This document shows, piece after piece, positions 27,303-42,395 of a DNA stretch of 64,000 bases. Made by a program: the position numbers and the translations under genes. Under the pieces are notes generated by a model. That model was given only the letters and a program-made list of their open reading frames with translations, had not been told where the DNA came from and made no database searches. This stretch comes from Octopus vulgaris (lineage: Eukaryota). Every line of letters begins with the position of its first letter. The first letter of the stretch is position 1. Location: positions 123,442,001-123,506,000 of the forward strand of contig OX597814.1 of NCBI GenBank assembly GCA_951406725.2, read 5' to 3'.

Positions 27303-30300
27303 TCTTTCTACAATAGGCACAAGGTCCAAACTTTGTGGAGGAAGGGCGATTTGATTGCACCGAGTCCAGTGTGCAAATGGTACTTATTTCATCAACCCTA
27401 AAGGGATGAAGTCAACACTGGTGAAATATGAACTCAGAACATAAAGACAGATGAAATACCGCCAAGCGTTTTGTCCATTGTACCACTGATTCACCCAGCT
27501 CACTACCTTCTTCTTAACAACAACAAAAAAAAAGAAAGAAAGAAAGAATGATCTGCAATAGAATACCTTCTTTTCCTTTTCCAGCACGTCTACGAAGACT
27601 TTGATCTAATAGTTGTTGAGTACGATATGGATTGGCACCAACCATGATACGTGCTGTGGCCTCGTAAAGAAATACCTAAAGTAACAGAGATAGAGAGAAA
27701 AAAAAAAAAAAATTTATAAACACCTTGAATTAAGTCAGTAATCAGCACAGGTGAAAAGTAAATTTGATATTACAGAAGAAATAGCTCGTTACTCTTTAGT
27801 AAAATTTTGAATAAGGAATAGGGAAAAAAAAACACTAGTCAAATTAGTCATTGATATAACATCAATTACATAGTTTTGCAAATTTTGTGGGTCAGGAAGT
27901 AACATGCCAATAGACATACTGTGATGAAATATTCTTGCAAGAGATGACAGATAGAGGGAGTCCATAAACAAGCAACTTCACAAGAAAATTCTTATTTCAA
28001 ACATCAAGAAAAATTTAGATATTTCAAGAACATCATCATCAAGTGAGTCATTTCTTTCATTTGTTTCAGTCATTTGACTGTAGCCATGCTGGAGCACCAC
28101 CTTTAGTCGAGCAAATTAACCTTAGGGCTTATTCTTTGTAAGCCTAGTACTTATTCTATTCTTGCCGAACCGCTAAGTGACGGGGACGTAAACACACCAG
28201 CATCGGTTGTCAAATGATGCTGGAGGGACAAACACAGACACACAAACATATATATACACATATATATATATACATATATACACAATGGGCTTCTTTCAGT
28301 TTTCATCTACCAAATCCACACACAAGGCTTTGGTTGGCCCGAGGCTATAGTAGAAGACACTTGCCCAAGGTGCCACACAGTGGGACTGAACCCGGAACCA
28401 TGTGGTTGGTAAGCAAGCTACTTACCACACAGCCACTCCTGCGCCTAGTTAATACATTTAATGAAAAGAGAATTAAAACATGTTAACTTGATTTCACTGA
28501 CTTTTGGAAAGTTCTTCAGACAATTCAGATTATTGTATAAGAAAACTTACAATTAAACTTTGGTCAAAAGATAAAGCAAATCAAAGAATTGATTCAATAT
28601 CATACACTTAGTTGGATGCAGTGTGAGAGGATATAATATATTATGAACAGTTTGCTGTGTAACTTGTTCCTGTATGTTTCAAAGTGATAGATTACAGTGA
28701 AATAATTTCAAGTGTTTGAGGAAGGCAGGGGAACCCAGCAGAGAGCTTGCATATTTTGAGGAAATATATTGCAGATGTCTCCGTGTTCTATGGACATGAC
28801 AGGAGATACTGAATTTTAGCATGTTGCTAATGGATCTGGATACATGGGTCTCAGTGGGAATAGTGCGACTAGCACTTGTACAACTCACATGGTGTCAGGA
28901 GTGGTAGGCATGGGGTTTCTAAAAAATACATACTTTTAGTATGATTCCTTTAATTCGTCTTGCTACTCTGAACCAAACCAGTGGTTATAAGTATAACATA
29001 ACAGTCAAATCTAGATATCATATCAATATGTGATAAATAAATAAAATACAAAAAAAACCTTTTACCTTTTTCAGTGCATGTTTCATGGTATGAGTAACAC
29101 GACGGAGGCAATATAAATCTTGCTGGAATGCAATAATATGCGAGTGTGGTGGCCTGGTATAACTTGGATCCTGGCTCTGACGTTGTTGCCAAAGTTCTCG
29201 ACGAGTACGAAGAAGGAAATCACATGTCAACAATTGGATGCCCTGTAGTAATATAACAATTGTTACATTCATATATCAGACATTGGGGGAGGTCGAGAGA
29301 GAGAAAATCAAACAAACAATTTAAATTTCTTTCTTAAATATCAAGTCATATTACTTTTGATATTCTTGTAATAGAACCATTATTTAATACATGTGGAATG
29401 AAGCAGCTGCAGCTAACACAAATTTTTAATCATATCCTTAAAAAAAAGTCTCTGATTGATTAACAAACTTTCACTCCCCAACACACTGCAAACCAAGACT
29501 ACTGAAGTGTTGTGTCTCCCTCTGTCTCATTCACTGCTACTACAACAGTTCCTGCTCCTCCGAGTAAACCACCTGTGATCATTACCCCACCAAGCCCCAT
29601 TCAATACATCAACCTAAGCTTCATCTGTCATCCTTGTTTATGTGTGTCTCAGCTCTCAAAGACCTGGCACTGAACATTTCATCTAATCTGTCATCCCTCT
29701 CCTGCCAACTTACCCTACAAGTCTCAACCTACAGAATAACAATTGACTTCACTTATCTGGAAAGGTCTACATAGGCTATGAGCCCTCTGCTCTTCCTTGC
29801 AGTATATAACAAAAACTTATACTCAGTGGGTGGGAAGGTAATTAAAACAAGAGCTAAACTTTCGTTAATCTATCTACAAAACAACAACAATAAGTTAAAA
29901 TATGAACTATGTTATATCACAGGAAATGGAAAAAATTTTAACTGGTTCTATAACATCTTTATTTATTTGAACTTGAGACATTTATTTCTTAATAAAAGCA
30001 ATTACATGCACTGGTGGCTTAATGGATTAATACAGGTTTCTTAGAAATAAGGGTTCAGAGCTCATATTCAAATTGAGAAAGTATATATATTTAGAGATAT
30101 GATCTCTTATACTGACCAAGAGATCAAACTGATCAAGTTGTTTTGTAAATAGAAACACAAAAGATGAAGTTAATAGTTCAACAAATTTTATTTATACAAA
30201 ATTAAAAGCTTCTGAGAGAATATGTGCACCCACTAAATATATAACAGAATTCTCAGAGTGCATCTAGCTATTTCTTAAAGACAACTAAAACCAGTAGCTT

Positions 30301-33300
30301 AGTTTGACAAATTTCTCATAGATTTTATATACAATAACAAGATTGGTTGTTAGCCAACACTACACCTGATTTTTTCCCCTCCATACACACGCCACTTCCC
30401 AGACATTTGTACATTACTGCATATGCTTTATATGCACTTTTGACAAGTTGTGGTGCACCTGAGCACTGTATACAGTAATTTCATTATTATTAGTAGTAGT
30501 ACAGATAATTAACATACTGTAAAAACAGTATACAGAGTAACTAAAAAACTGAAGTCCCTTACACCACTTTCTGTAAATAGTAAAAGGGATTCAAAAGAAG
30601 CAGACCTCATTTCCACCCTATGTCAAAAAACAGTTAGTGAAACAGTCAAATTTCAATTTTATGATATTTTTGCAATCATACAGGATGTAAAGTGTGAATG
30701 AGAAAGATAAGATCCTTGACTTGTCAGTACCTGTATTTCTGGATTGATACTGTATCAGCAGGTAATAAAGAAAGGTGTGGGAAAAAATAACAACTGCTCA
30801 GCAAGTGGATGATATATTTAGAAAGAGAAACCCAACCACTCAAAACAAAGCAGCTGACTCCATACAATAAGGTTAATTCAGTTCTATAAATACAAAATGT
30901 TCATTATAGTGTTCATGAGAGCACAAAGGGGATGGGGCAGAGACATGAAGTGGAAATATTCATACATTCCCAAAGTATACCAATATTAATGGAGCAATTC
31001 CAACCGGAGGTTAAAATAAGGTCATGAATTTGGTTCACCAATAAAATGGGTAAGACGGTTTGACTGTTGTTAGTTCCTACCTTATTAATATACAGAGGTA
31101 GAGCCAACTGCTCTGGATTTAAAATCTCAGAGACTAATGAGAAAAAAACAAAACCATTTCATCTGGTATTCTACTATTTCTGTCGACTCCAGTTTGTAAG
31201 AAGCATTTTCCCATTATTATCTGTTACAGGACTATCCAATATGCTCAAAACAAACAGATTCTAATCCTAATGAAATATTGTGGACAATAACTTCTTAAAA
31301 AGATAAATCAATGCTGTGAGACCTTGCATTTCCACACTCTACAAACCTAAAAGCAGCACTCAACAGTTTTAGAACACAAACTTCAGAGCATCAAACTAAT
31401 CAAGGGAAACAACCATTCCGTTCACACATTTTGTCCTGGTAATTTTTGATGATCTGTCTGGTTGTCTCGCTGATAATCTAATTAAAGGACATAAATATAA
31501 AGCTCATTTTGAAAACAGATCTCAACTCTTGTATTTTTTATCAAAGATTTGACACTGGTATTCAAAAAACTTTCGATAAGATTATAAATTTTCAGACTAA
31601 TAACCTCAACTCAAAAAATAAGAAAAAGTTTTTACGCACACATAAGGATACACATCTTGGAAGAACAGAATGGACTAAATGAAACAAGAGCACACACGAA
31701 AACGAAAAGTGCCACTGAAGAGGTACAGATGTGTGGCGAAAGATTTCTGGACAATGGACATGAGTTAAAATTTTTAAAAATAAGAACAGTAATAAACGAG
31801 TAAAGAACAAATATATAATGTGTGTGTTTCATCATTATCATCATCATCATTTAACATCCTCTTTCCATGCTGGCATGGGTTGGACGGTTTGGCTGAGGAC
31901 TGGTGAGCCAGAAGGCTACACCAGGCTCCAATCTGATCTGGTAATGTTTCTACAGCTGGATGTCCTCTCTAACACCAACCACTCCAAGAGTGTAGTAGGT
32001 GCTTTTACATGCCACCGGCACGAGGGCCAGTTAGGCAGTTTTGACAATGACCACACTCAAAAGGAGTTTTTTATGTGCTACCTGCACAGGAGCCAGTCTG
32101 GCAGCACTGGCAACGACCACACTCGAATGTTGTTTATTTGGAAAAAAAAAAAAAAGACCATCTCAAAATACAATAGTTTTAATATATCTCATCTTTAATC
32201 TTTTATTCGTGCGTCATTAGACTGCGGCCATGCTGGGGCACCACCTTGAGGAATTTTAATCAGACCAATCGAACCCAGGACATTTTTTAAAGACTGGTAA
32301 TATTCTATCAGTCTCTTTTGCCAAACTGCTAAGTTATGGGGATGTAAACACATGAATACAGGTTGCTAAGCAGTGAGGGAGAACAAACAACCATAAAGAC
32401 ATACATACACATATACACACGTATATGTATAAATAAATATATATATATAGTGTGTGTGTATATATAAATAAATATATATATATATGGCAGGCTTCTTTCA
32501 GTTTCCACCTATCAAATCCACTCATAAAATTTTGGTGGACTTGAGGTTGTAGTAGAAGACGCTTGCCCATGATGACACGCAGTGGAACTAAACCCAGAAC
32601 CATGTGGTTGGGAAGCAAATTTTTTACCAGACAACCATGCATGTGCCTATATCTACAGGTTTAAATATAGAAACTTTTGTATCTGTAAAGATGAGATCAA
32701 TCTTTTTGTAACCATATTTCTAATAAGAATATACTTCAATTTATTTTTAAAATAATCAAAATATTTTAGTAAAGTATTGTCATTAAGCTGGTGTTTGTTT
32801 GGAACATAAAAGTATCTTACTTAAAAATTACAATGGAATATTTAAATTAAATACAAACACTTTAACATGGGTGGTTTTGTATCATATAACCAGAGGCATT
32901 TCAAGCAGGGTGGGATCAAAAGGATTAATAGCTCAAAAGATTATAATCTTATTAACAACTCATCTCAGACATCATCACAAAACTGTGGGAGAGAGGATGG
33001 TATTTTCAAACTGAAGATTTGATCTGAATGCCTGTGATGTTGTGGATTCCTCTAAAGGCTCCCCCAAGGTAACTCGCGGTATGTTAAACCAGGCAATGAA
33101 TTAAGTTTACTACCCAAGTAGGCCATGGTGGTATTTAAACTAAGAATGCAAACAACCAGAATAAATACCACAAGGCATCTGATCCAACATTATTAGAGTT
33201 CTATTAATTCTCTGCACTAGATTGATCCATTTTATTGCGTGTAACTAAAAACCGTTTGACATTTAGTTCAATGCTCTGCCAATTTTGTCATAAAGGTAGG

Positions 33301-36300
33301 ACAAAAATGGCTAGATGGCAGAGTCAGTAGAGCATCAGACTAAACAACTCCCTCAGAGTGAAAGGCAGATTGTATGACACCTGTGTGCAAACAGCCATGC
33401 TACATGGCAGTGAAAAATAGGCTGTGACTGTAGATGACATGTGAAGGCCCAAAAGAAATGAAGCTTGTATGCTTCACTGGATGTGCAATATCAGTGTGCA
33501 CATATGACAGAGTGTGAGCATTTTGAAAGAAAGTTGGGCATAAGAGGCATCAGATGTAGAGTACAAGACAGAAGACTGCACTGGTATGGTCATGTGATGC
33601 ATATGGATGAGGACAGCTGCGTAAAGAAGTGCTGACCTCTAGGCATGGAGGAAACCTGTGGAAGATGTAGACCCAGAAAGATGTGGGACGAGATGGTGAA
33701 GCGTGATCTTCAGATATTGAGTCTCAGGGAAGCGATGGACAAGTGACCATGACCTTTAGCGATTTGCTGTGCTTGAGAAGACAAGTCAAGCTAAGTTAAA
33801 TCGTAGTCATGATCAGTGCCACGTAGTCATGCTAGTGACACATAAAAGGCACCTGTGCTGGTGACATGTGAAAGGCACCTGTGCAGGTAACACATTATAT
33901 GCTCTCATGCTGGCAACAAGTAAAAGGCACTCAGTACACTCAGTGGAATGGTTGGCATTAGGAAGGGCATCCGACCATAGAAACCATGCCAAAACAGACT
34001 GAATCCTGATGCAGCGCGCTGGCTTACCAACCCCAGTCAAACCGTCTTACCCATGCTAGCATGGAAAATGGATGTTAAATGGTAATGATGATACATATAG
34101 GCAACTGTGAAGTATATAAACCCTTATATACATTTAGATATACATATACATCATACACACACATACACGTGGCCTTGTGACACATATGGATGAGGACAGT
34201 TGTGTAAAGAAGTGCTGATCTCTAACTGTGGAAGGAACCTGTAGAAGAGGTTGCAATTTAATTTTATACATCCAGACAAGGATGCTTACTCGCTTCATGT
34301 CTTTCTAGCCTTCAGATATATTTTGCATTTAATACCTCACACTTTGTATACAAACATCATACAATCAGCCCTTCACTTAGAGAGAGAGAGAGAGAGAGAG
34401 AGAGAATCCTTTTGTAACTATTAGAGTTAAAAGCTCCATCAACATTTTTTTCCAACATGTTCTTAATCTAACTATGCTTTTCAAAAATTGAATTTCACTG
34501 CTAATTACTTCACCTAAGTAACAAGAGTCATTAATTAATTCTAAGGAGTCTTCAAAGTATTTGAAAGAACTTATTTCATGAGTACTCTGACAATTAACTC
34601 CTCCCGTACAGCTGCTACATATGAAATCTTTCTCCTGGGTTATCTGCCCATTGATTCTACTGAATCTTTTCTATGCTCAGCTTACACTTGGTACGCAGTA
34701 CAAAGCTACTAGAAAAACTCCTTTTCTACATTCAGAGTATGACCAGCTCCTTGATGTTAGCTTTATATATCTATACATATATAAATGTGTGTGCGTGTGT
34801 GTGTGTCATGCATGCATGCATACATACATGCATATACACACACACACACACACATCAATACATCATTTAACGTCCATGTTCCATGCTGACATGGATTGGA
34901 CAGTTTAACAAGGATCCAATGAATCCAAGGTCCACATCATGTGTGCCTTGATTCTGAAGGAATCCTTTTAACTAATTCACACATACACACAAATACACAT
35001 TTGGTCTCATACACTGAAAATAAAAAACCTGCAAAAAATCCTGAATTATTTAAGATTATTATATTGTCTGAGACACTCTTTGACATAAAAATTTCAAGTG
35101 TTATTATTTTGTCTCTATTGTGAGAGATTTTTAATTGTTAAAATATGAGTCATTCATTATGATTTGGCTGCCACAGTGAAACGGTTGAGATGTTATATAC
35201 AGACACTCTCTTGCTGACTGACATTAAGAACAACAAAGGGACTGGTTAGTGAGGAATTGTGCTTTGGAGGATAAAATAAGCTGAGATTCTAAAAATAAAG
35301 ATACATAATGACTAAGAAAAATGCCAGAGATAAGTTAATTTGAGGATCCAATAATAGATGTGGCAGAGAAACAGAGGGGATGTAAATTACTAAAAGCATG
35401 GTAAAGTGTGGTGGGTGGTTGAGGCATTCTGTGAAAATTAAACTGAAGATATCCAGGCCTAACTCAAGAATATTTTAGTTCAGGCATGGCTGCGTGGTTA
35501 AAAACTTTGCTTTGCAACCACGTAGTTTAGAGTTCAGTCCTACTGTGAGACACACTGAGCATCTTCTACTGTAGCCCTGGGCCAAATGACATATGAGTGA
35601 ATTGAGAAGATGGAAACTGTGAAGAAGTCCATTGTACACACACATATATATATATAGGGCATCCAGCTGTAGAAACTCTGCTAGATCAAGATTGGAGCCT
35701 GGTGCAGCCATCTGGTTCGTCAGCCCTCAGTCAAACTCGTCCAACCCATGCTAGCATGGAAAGCGGACGTTAAACGATAATGATGATATATATATATATG
35801 TATATGTGTGTACATATACATATATCGTTTCGTTTAGCGTCCGCTTTCCATGCTAGCATGGGTTGGACGGGTCAACTGAGGTCTGTGAAGCTGGAAGGCT
35901 TCGTCAGGCCCAGTCAGATCTGGCAGTGTTTCTACGGCTGGATGCCCTTCCTAACGCCAACCACTCCGCGAGTGTAGTGGGTGTTTTATATATATATATA
36001 TGTATGTATGTATGTATATATAAAATCACAATCAAATGGGAATTGTAGTTGTGATACCCGTGCCGGTGGCATGTAAAATGCATCATCCGAACGTGGTTGA
36101 TGCCAGCACCGCCTTGGCTGGCTTCCATGCTGGTGCCACATTAAAAGCACCAACTGATCGTGGACATTGCCAGCCTCCCCTGGCACCTGTGCCGGTGGCA
36201 CGTAAAAAGCCCCCACTACACTCACAGAGTGGTTGGCGTTAGGAAGGGCAACCAGCTGTAGAAACACTGCCAGATCAGACTAGAGCCTGGTGCAGCCTCC

Positions 36301-39300
36301 AGGCTTCTCATATCCCGGTCGAACTGTCCAACCCATGCTAGCATGGAAAACGGACATTAAACGATGATGATGATGATGATAATGTACATGTGTGTGGGTG
36401 ATTGTGTTTTAGTTTGTCCCACACACATGCACACTGCTTGACAACTGGTATCAGTTTGTTTATGTCACCATAACTTGGTGGTTTGACAAAAGATACCAAC
36501 AGAATAATATCAAACTTAGTAAAATAAGTGATGGGGGTCAATATATTCGACAGTCTTCCAGCACGGGTACAGTCCAGTGGCTGAAATATGTGATCCAGTC
36601 ATGCAAAGGTGTTAGAGCTGAAGAAATAGGACAGATTACTGGAGAGAGGCGGTGCTTCCCTTGAATGTGGAATCTTTATAGAATATAGAAGCAACAACAG
36701 CCATCTGTTCCCAAAATATCGGCAAAGTTGGCCAGTGGACCCCCCCCCTACCTCGCTCTCTCTCTGTTTAATCCAGCAAATAACTGAAGCTACACAACAT
36801 TCAGGAGACAGTAGACACATTGCCAAGCACAAGTACTACACACACACACACAGCCAGAGATAACATATACACCTACACTCCACACAGCTATCTGCTAGTA
36901 GTAGCAGTAGCAGTAGTAGTGACAACGGCGACAATGATGATGATGATGATATAGCCCTATTATTGTTACAATACATACACACTCCCTACAATGCAAGATA
37001 ATAAAAATGGCTAAAATGCTGATGCTGGAAACGACAATGGTGATGGAGTTGGTATCAGAAGTGCCTGCAGTGGTGGTGGTGGTGGTGGTGGTGGCTGTGG
37101 TAGCTGTCGTCTAAGTCTGGTGTGTTGAGCAAGATGGTAGCAACTGTCCCTGATTACACTGTGTATGCACTGCATAATGCAAAGCTAATGCAATGCAACT
37201 AACAATGCAAAACAGACACAGTCAAAAGCAGCCACATCGACATTAGGAGACACGGATTGAAGCTGGTGACGTCAGGAAACAGCTTTCCCAGCAGGACGCA
37301 GGATGGCAGACAGACACAGGGTGCAGAGGAACAACAATAAACAATACAGCACATCTGATGGGGTTGCAACTGCAGCTGCACATAGTTTGAATACAATGAC
37401 TCTTGTGATAGCTGTTTTCTGCTCTGGCAGTGAAAGGCTTTCATGACACAGACATCTACACACATGCACATATTTCATACAAACATGCACACACACACAC
37501 ACACAAACACACAAACACACAAATGAACGATAGATTTTTTTTTAAACTTTGGGCTATTTCATTTTACAGTATTTTTTTTCAAAATTTAAATAGTTTGGGA
37601 AAGAAATGTTTGTTTGTTGAGACAGTTTACACCTCTCACGTGCAATGTTTTTTTCATAGATCATCATTTAAAAAGGAAAAAAAAAAACTTGTTCTTTCTC
37701 TCAAAGAAACCTAACTACCGTTGAAGTAAGGCTTAAAAAGGAATTAACAAATGTTATTAACAGGAATATACAACCAGAGTTGAAGCAAGACCCAAGAGGG
37801 GAATTAACAAATGTTATTCAAAGGAATGTGACACAAATGAATTCAAAGACTCAGTCTTTGCTGATAAAATAATGATGATGAAAATAATAATTGTTTCAAA
37901 TTTTAGTACAAGGCCAGCCATTTTTGAACGAGAGGGTTTGTCAGCTACATCAATCCCAGTACTTCGCTGGTACTTTATCACTCCCGAAAGAATGAAAGGC
38001 CAAGTTGACCTTGGTGGCATACAAAGACATGTAGGGAGGAAATATAGTTGATTATAACTGACTGCAGGACTCTACTTTTCATATAAATTTAGTATAAAAT
38101 AAACTGTTTAGGAATCACTTCTTAAGAATGAAAATGATACATGCTTGCATCTAATCATGATTTATTTCAGTGATTCATATAAATTTGCTTATAAAGCATA
38201 TTAAGGATGTGTTGCAATGGCATCCAATACTTTTTGCAAGCAGTTGCTAAGTTTTTATTTATTTGTTTTATTTATAATTTCATCAATCCAAGGTGATTGG
38301 AATTAATGCAACTAAACATTACAATCTATTTTTATCTGTTATTTTTAAAACTCACTAATTTATACAATCTTTATTCAAATTCTCTAACTTTTACTCTATC
38401 ATATACCAAAAATATTTTGTAATATCTTTTATGTGTATCATTAGATATATCTAATGATACACATAAAAGAATTGTAATGACTTTTTTAAAAATCAGTTTA
38501 AATGTAACATCGATAATAAAGAAACATAATCTTTTGGTGTAGTAAGCTACTTGCAGCTGTTATTGGCATGTAAAATATATGTATATTTGTATGGTGCAGT
38601 AAACATAAGTGACATATTATAGTGTCGGTTGAATTAAATAAAAGTAAAAACTGCAGCTTACTTTAACAATATCACTATGTTCAGAACTCTTTTCAAATTT
38701 AAGACTTTCGCGAAGTAAACGACCAGCATGATCACACTGACGTAGTATACTGGAATCTGAAATATTCTGAGCACTGGACAGGAATCGGCGCCGAGCTTTA
38801 TAGGCAAAGAAGACAGCTTTGGGCAGTGGATCACTGTTGAAATGATGTGAGATAGAATAAAACAATCAATGATAAAAACTGATGAAGAGATTAAAGTAAA
38901 AACAGATCATCAGGATTTTAGATCAAAATACATTAAAAATTTCATAAAGAACTGTAAAAAGAAGAAAAATTAAACGTATCTAAATTTTTGTTAAAATCTT
39001 TAGAATATGTTTAAAATACCAAAATTGCTTATTCTTTTTCTCCAAGTTATCTTTTAATATTTTCTAAAACACAACAACATTTTGAAATAAAGGATTCAAC
39101 ATTTATCAAGCCTGATTTTTTTTTAATCAATCTAATAAAGTTACAAGAAAAACAAAAGTACTATAACAAAGTAAATATAATTAGCAATGTGAGGAAAGAA
39201 AAACATAACTATATTTGATGATATAAAAGATGCACACCAATTTCAGCAGTAAAAAAAAGGTTTCAGTATATTAAAGCTTATGGGAGGTCCAACTTTGCAT

Positions 39301-41070
39301 ATAGGACCCAGGGTGATTTTCTGAGAAATTTTTTGGGGAAAAAAAATTAGCCTTATCCGCCATCAAATACAGTAATTAATTTCTGGCAATGGTACTTGTC
39401 ACAAAAAAAGGACAAAGATGAGAAGAGGGTAAATAATGTTAGGGAGGGGTGAAGATATTGAAGGGAGATATTGAAGTCAGTGGAACAACATTCTTTTGTT
39501 AACCAACTACAACTGTCCAAAATGCAGAATTCTCCTGTTCTTTCCTTATTGTATAATTATATTAACGTTGTACTTTTGTTCATTAGTCTTGTTTTGTTTT
39601 TTTTTTGCTTTGTCTTTTTTCAAGATTCTAGGTGAATATTCCAATACCAAACAGACAAAGACTACTAGGATTACTGCTGGATTTTTATTATTATATCACA
39701 TAATATTATTTATTATTATAGAGGCGCAATGGCCTAGTGGTTAGGGCAGCGGACTCGCGGTCGCAGGATCGCGGTTTCGATTCTCAGACCGGGCGTTGTG
39801 TGTGTTTATTGAGCGAAAACACCTAAAAGCTCTACGAGGCTCCGGCAGGGGGTGGTGATCCCTGCTGTACTCTTTCACCACAATGGCGGTGCCCCAGCAT
39901 GGCCACAGCTCAAGAGCTGAAACTGGAAAAACAAACAAAAACAAAAAACAAACAAACTCAACTATCAACTATTTTATGTCCATATTTCTATACAAAAACA
40001 ACTCGACAAGTCAGCAACTGTTACAGTTCCATTAGTCTTCTTCTTGCATCATTTTCTCTATGATGCCCAACCTTCACATTTGGTACTACCAACAGGCACC
40101 AACTGAACAAATTTGAATCACTAGTTTACCAAACTGTACACTTACTAACAATATTTTTAGACAGCAGAAATAATCCCTAATATCAAGTGATGAAAACTTA
40201 GTATTCGATATTAAGGTGTTTATCAAATATTAGGTCAGTCAGTTCAGAAGAATCTTCTAATACACATAACGGTATCCCAAGTCAAAAAGGGATTCTCTGT
40301 GCAGTCAACCTGCTAGAGATAGTAGCTGAATCTTCCTCAAGTCACACCTTGTTTTATATGAAGTATACAGTAAGTAATTTAGTACTGAGGTGCTCCTGTC
40401 CAGAATCCATTTGATCATTGCACTGGTGTGCTTGTTTGCAGGTTACCTAGAGCCAAACAACAGTTTTGTTATTATCCAGCTGTTACATATATGACTGTTG
40501 GTGACCTAATCTCACAGTGTAGAAAAATAGACATCATTAAGGAAGTAATTTGCAGTCCTTTGGAGTTTTCAAGTGACCAAACATACAAAAATGCTGATAA
40601 CGATAGCTGATGAGAGACAGCAGTTATGGGATAACGATGTTGAACATCTGACTGCAAAGTCACAAGTTCAAGCATTACTGCAAAATACTGTGTTTAATCT
40701 TCCTTGTGTCAGTCATCCAGACTGAAAATGGCTGCCACATTATTTGAACAGTTAACAAGAAAAAGAAAACAAAATGTGAACCAATCTTTTCATGTGTAAA
40801 CATCCATGTTTGGAAGAAAAGAGTTGGAAAATAAATTACATAAATTTTAATACAGCACAACTACTTCATGTGCTTACAAGTTTAAGGCTAACATAGGCGT
40901 AGGAGTGACTGTGTGGTAAGTAGCTTGCTTACCAACCACATGGTTTTGGGTTCGGTCCCACTGCGTGGCACCTTGGGCAAGTGTCTTCTATTATAGCCTC
41001 GGGCCTACCAAAGCCTTGTGAGTGGATTTGGTAGACGGAAACTGAAAGAAGCCCATCGTATATGTGTGTG

Positions 41071-41104
<34 letters not shown>

Positions 41105-42363
41105 TGGGTGTGTGTGTGTTTGTCTTGACAACTGATGTTGGTGTGTTTACGTCCTCGTAACTTAGCGGTTCGGCAAAAGAAACTGATAGAATAAGTACTA
41201 GGTTTACAAAGAATAAGTCCTGGGGTTGATTTGCTCAACTACAGCCGGTGCTCTAGCATGGCCACAATCAAATGACTGAAACAAGTAAAAGAGTATATAT
41301 TTGAAGAGGGAACACATCATGCACACACACACATATACACACTGCTGTTGCTATTGTTGTTATTGTCATCATCATCATCATCAACAACAGCATGATCATT
41401 TACTACAACAGATGTATACAGAAATGCTCTCAAACCATCGTTCATAAACAAAAGTGTAAAAGAGTTAATTCCTACCTTGCACCAATAAACTTCTTGGGAA
41501 AGACATCAAGAAGATGAAAGTTGCGTTCTGCATTTCCATAATCACCAGTGAACCAGTAAGTAGCCACATTGACAATAGCTGACCACCACCGAGCAATTTC
41601 ATCAACATCCAACACAGAAGGAACCACTGACAAGAAAACAAAAGATGTTTTGTTTAACCCAATGGCATTCAAATTATTCTGTCAAATGCAATGCTTATTT
41701 ATTCACATTGTTTTGAATCAATCATGCATTATCTTACAGCTTCAAGATTTTGACTGATTTGATTGTTTATCTTTTAGAATGACATTGCAGGGTAAGTGTG
41801 AAAGGCTGAATCTAGTTGGTTTGAATATAAAAAAAAAGTAGGACATCTGGCCTCACTATATAACTTGGTGATGACATTAAGTCAAAAAGACTATGTTATA
41901 TATAAGACATTGATTAATGATGACATTTGTGTTGACAGGCTCTTTTATAATTAGGACCTTTGGGTGGATTAATAATGATAATTGTTTCTGGACCACTTCA
42001 CTATACACCTATTTTACTCTAGGAGGTTAGTTATACAATGATGTTGAAATATGTAACAGGGACAAAAACAGGTGTTTTGCCATAGGAGAGATACATGGTT
42101 ATGTCAGTTAGATAAGAGATACCAAAAAAAAAAAAAAATACAAAAGGTTCCTTTGATTTTTTTTCTTCAATAAGTCAAATAGATTCTATTTCAACGCAAC
42201 AATCTAATCTTGACAAATGTTGAATATCAACCTCAAAACACATTTACAGCTTAGAGGGGGAAAAAGCAGTGACAGTTACATCAACACGAAGCACTTTCCA
42301 TTTGTTCAAAGAAGTGAGCCAAAACTCATTTTACTACTACTACCACTACTGCTGCTGCTGCTA

Positions 42364-42395
<32 letters not shown>

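Noticed and set aside
36986-36996. Second miR-33-like stretch (minus strand TTGCATTGTAG) about 190 nt downstream of the hairpin
   Set aside because: Only 11 nt match and I found no complementary arm on either side, so no pre-miRNA can be drawn.
39721-39795. tRNA-like sequence
   Set aside because: It has A and B boxes but no proper acceptor stem and runs into a repeated body also present at 1519-1790; it is a SINE head, not a tRNA gene.
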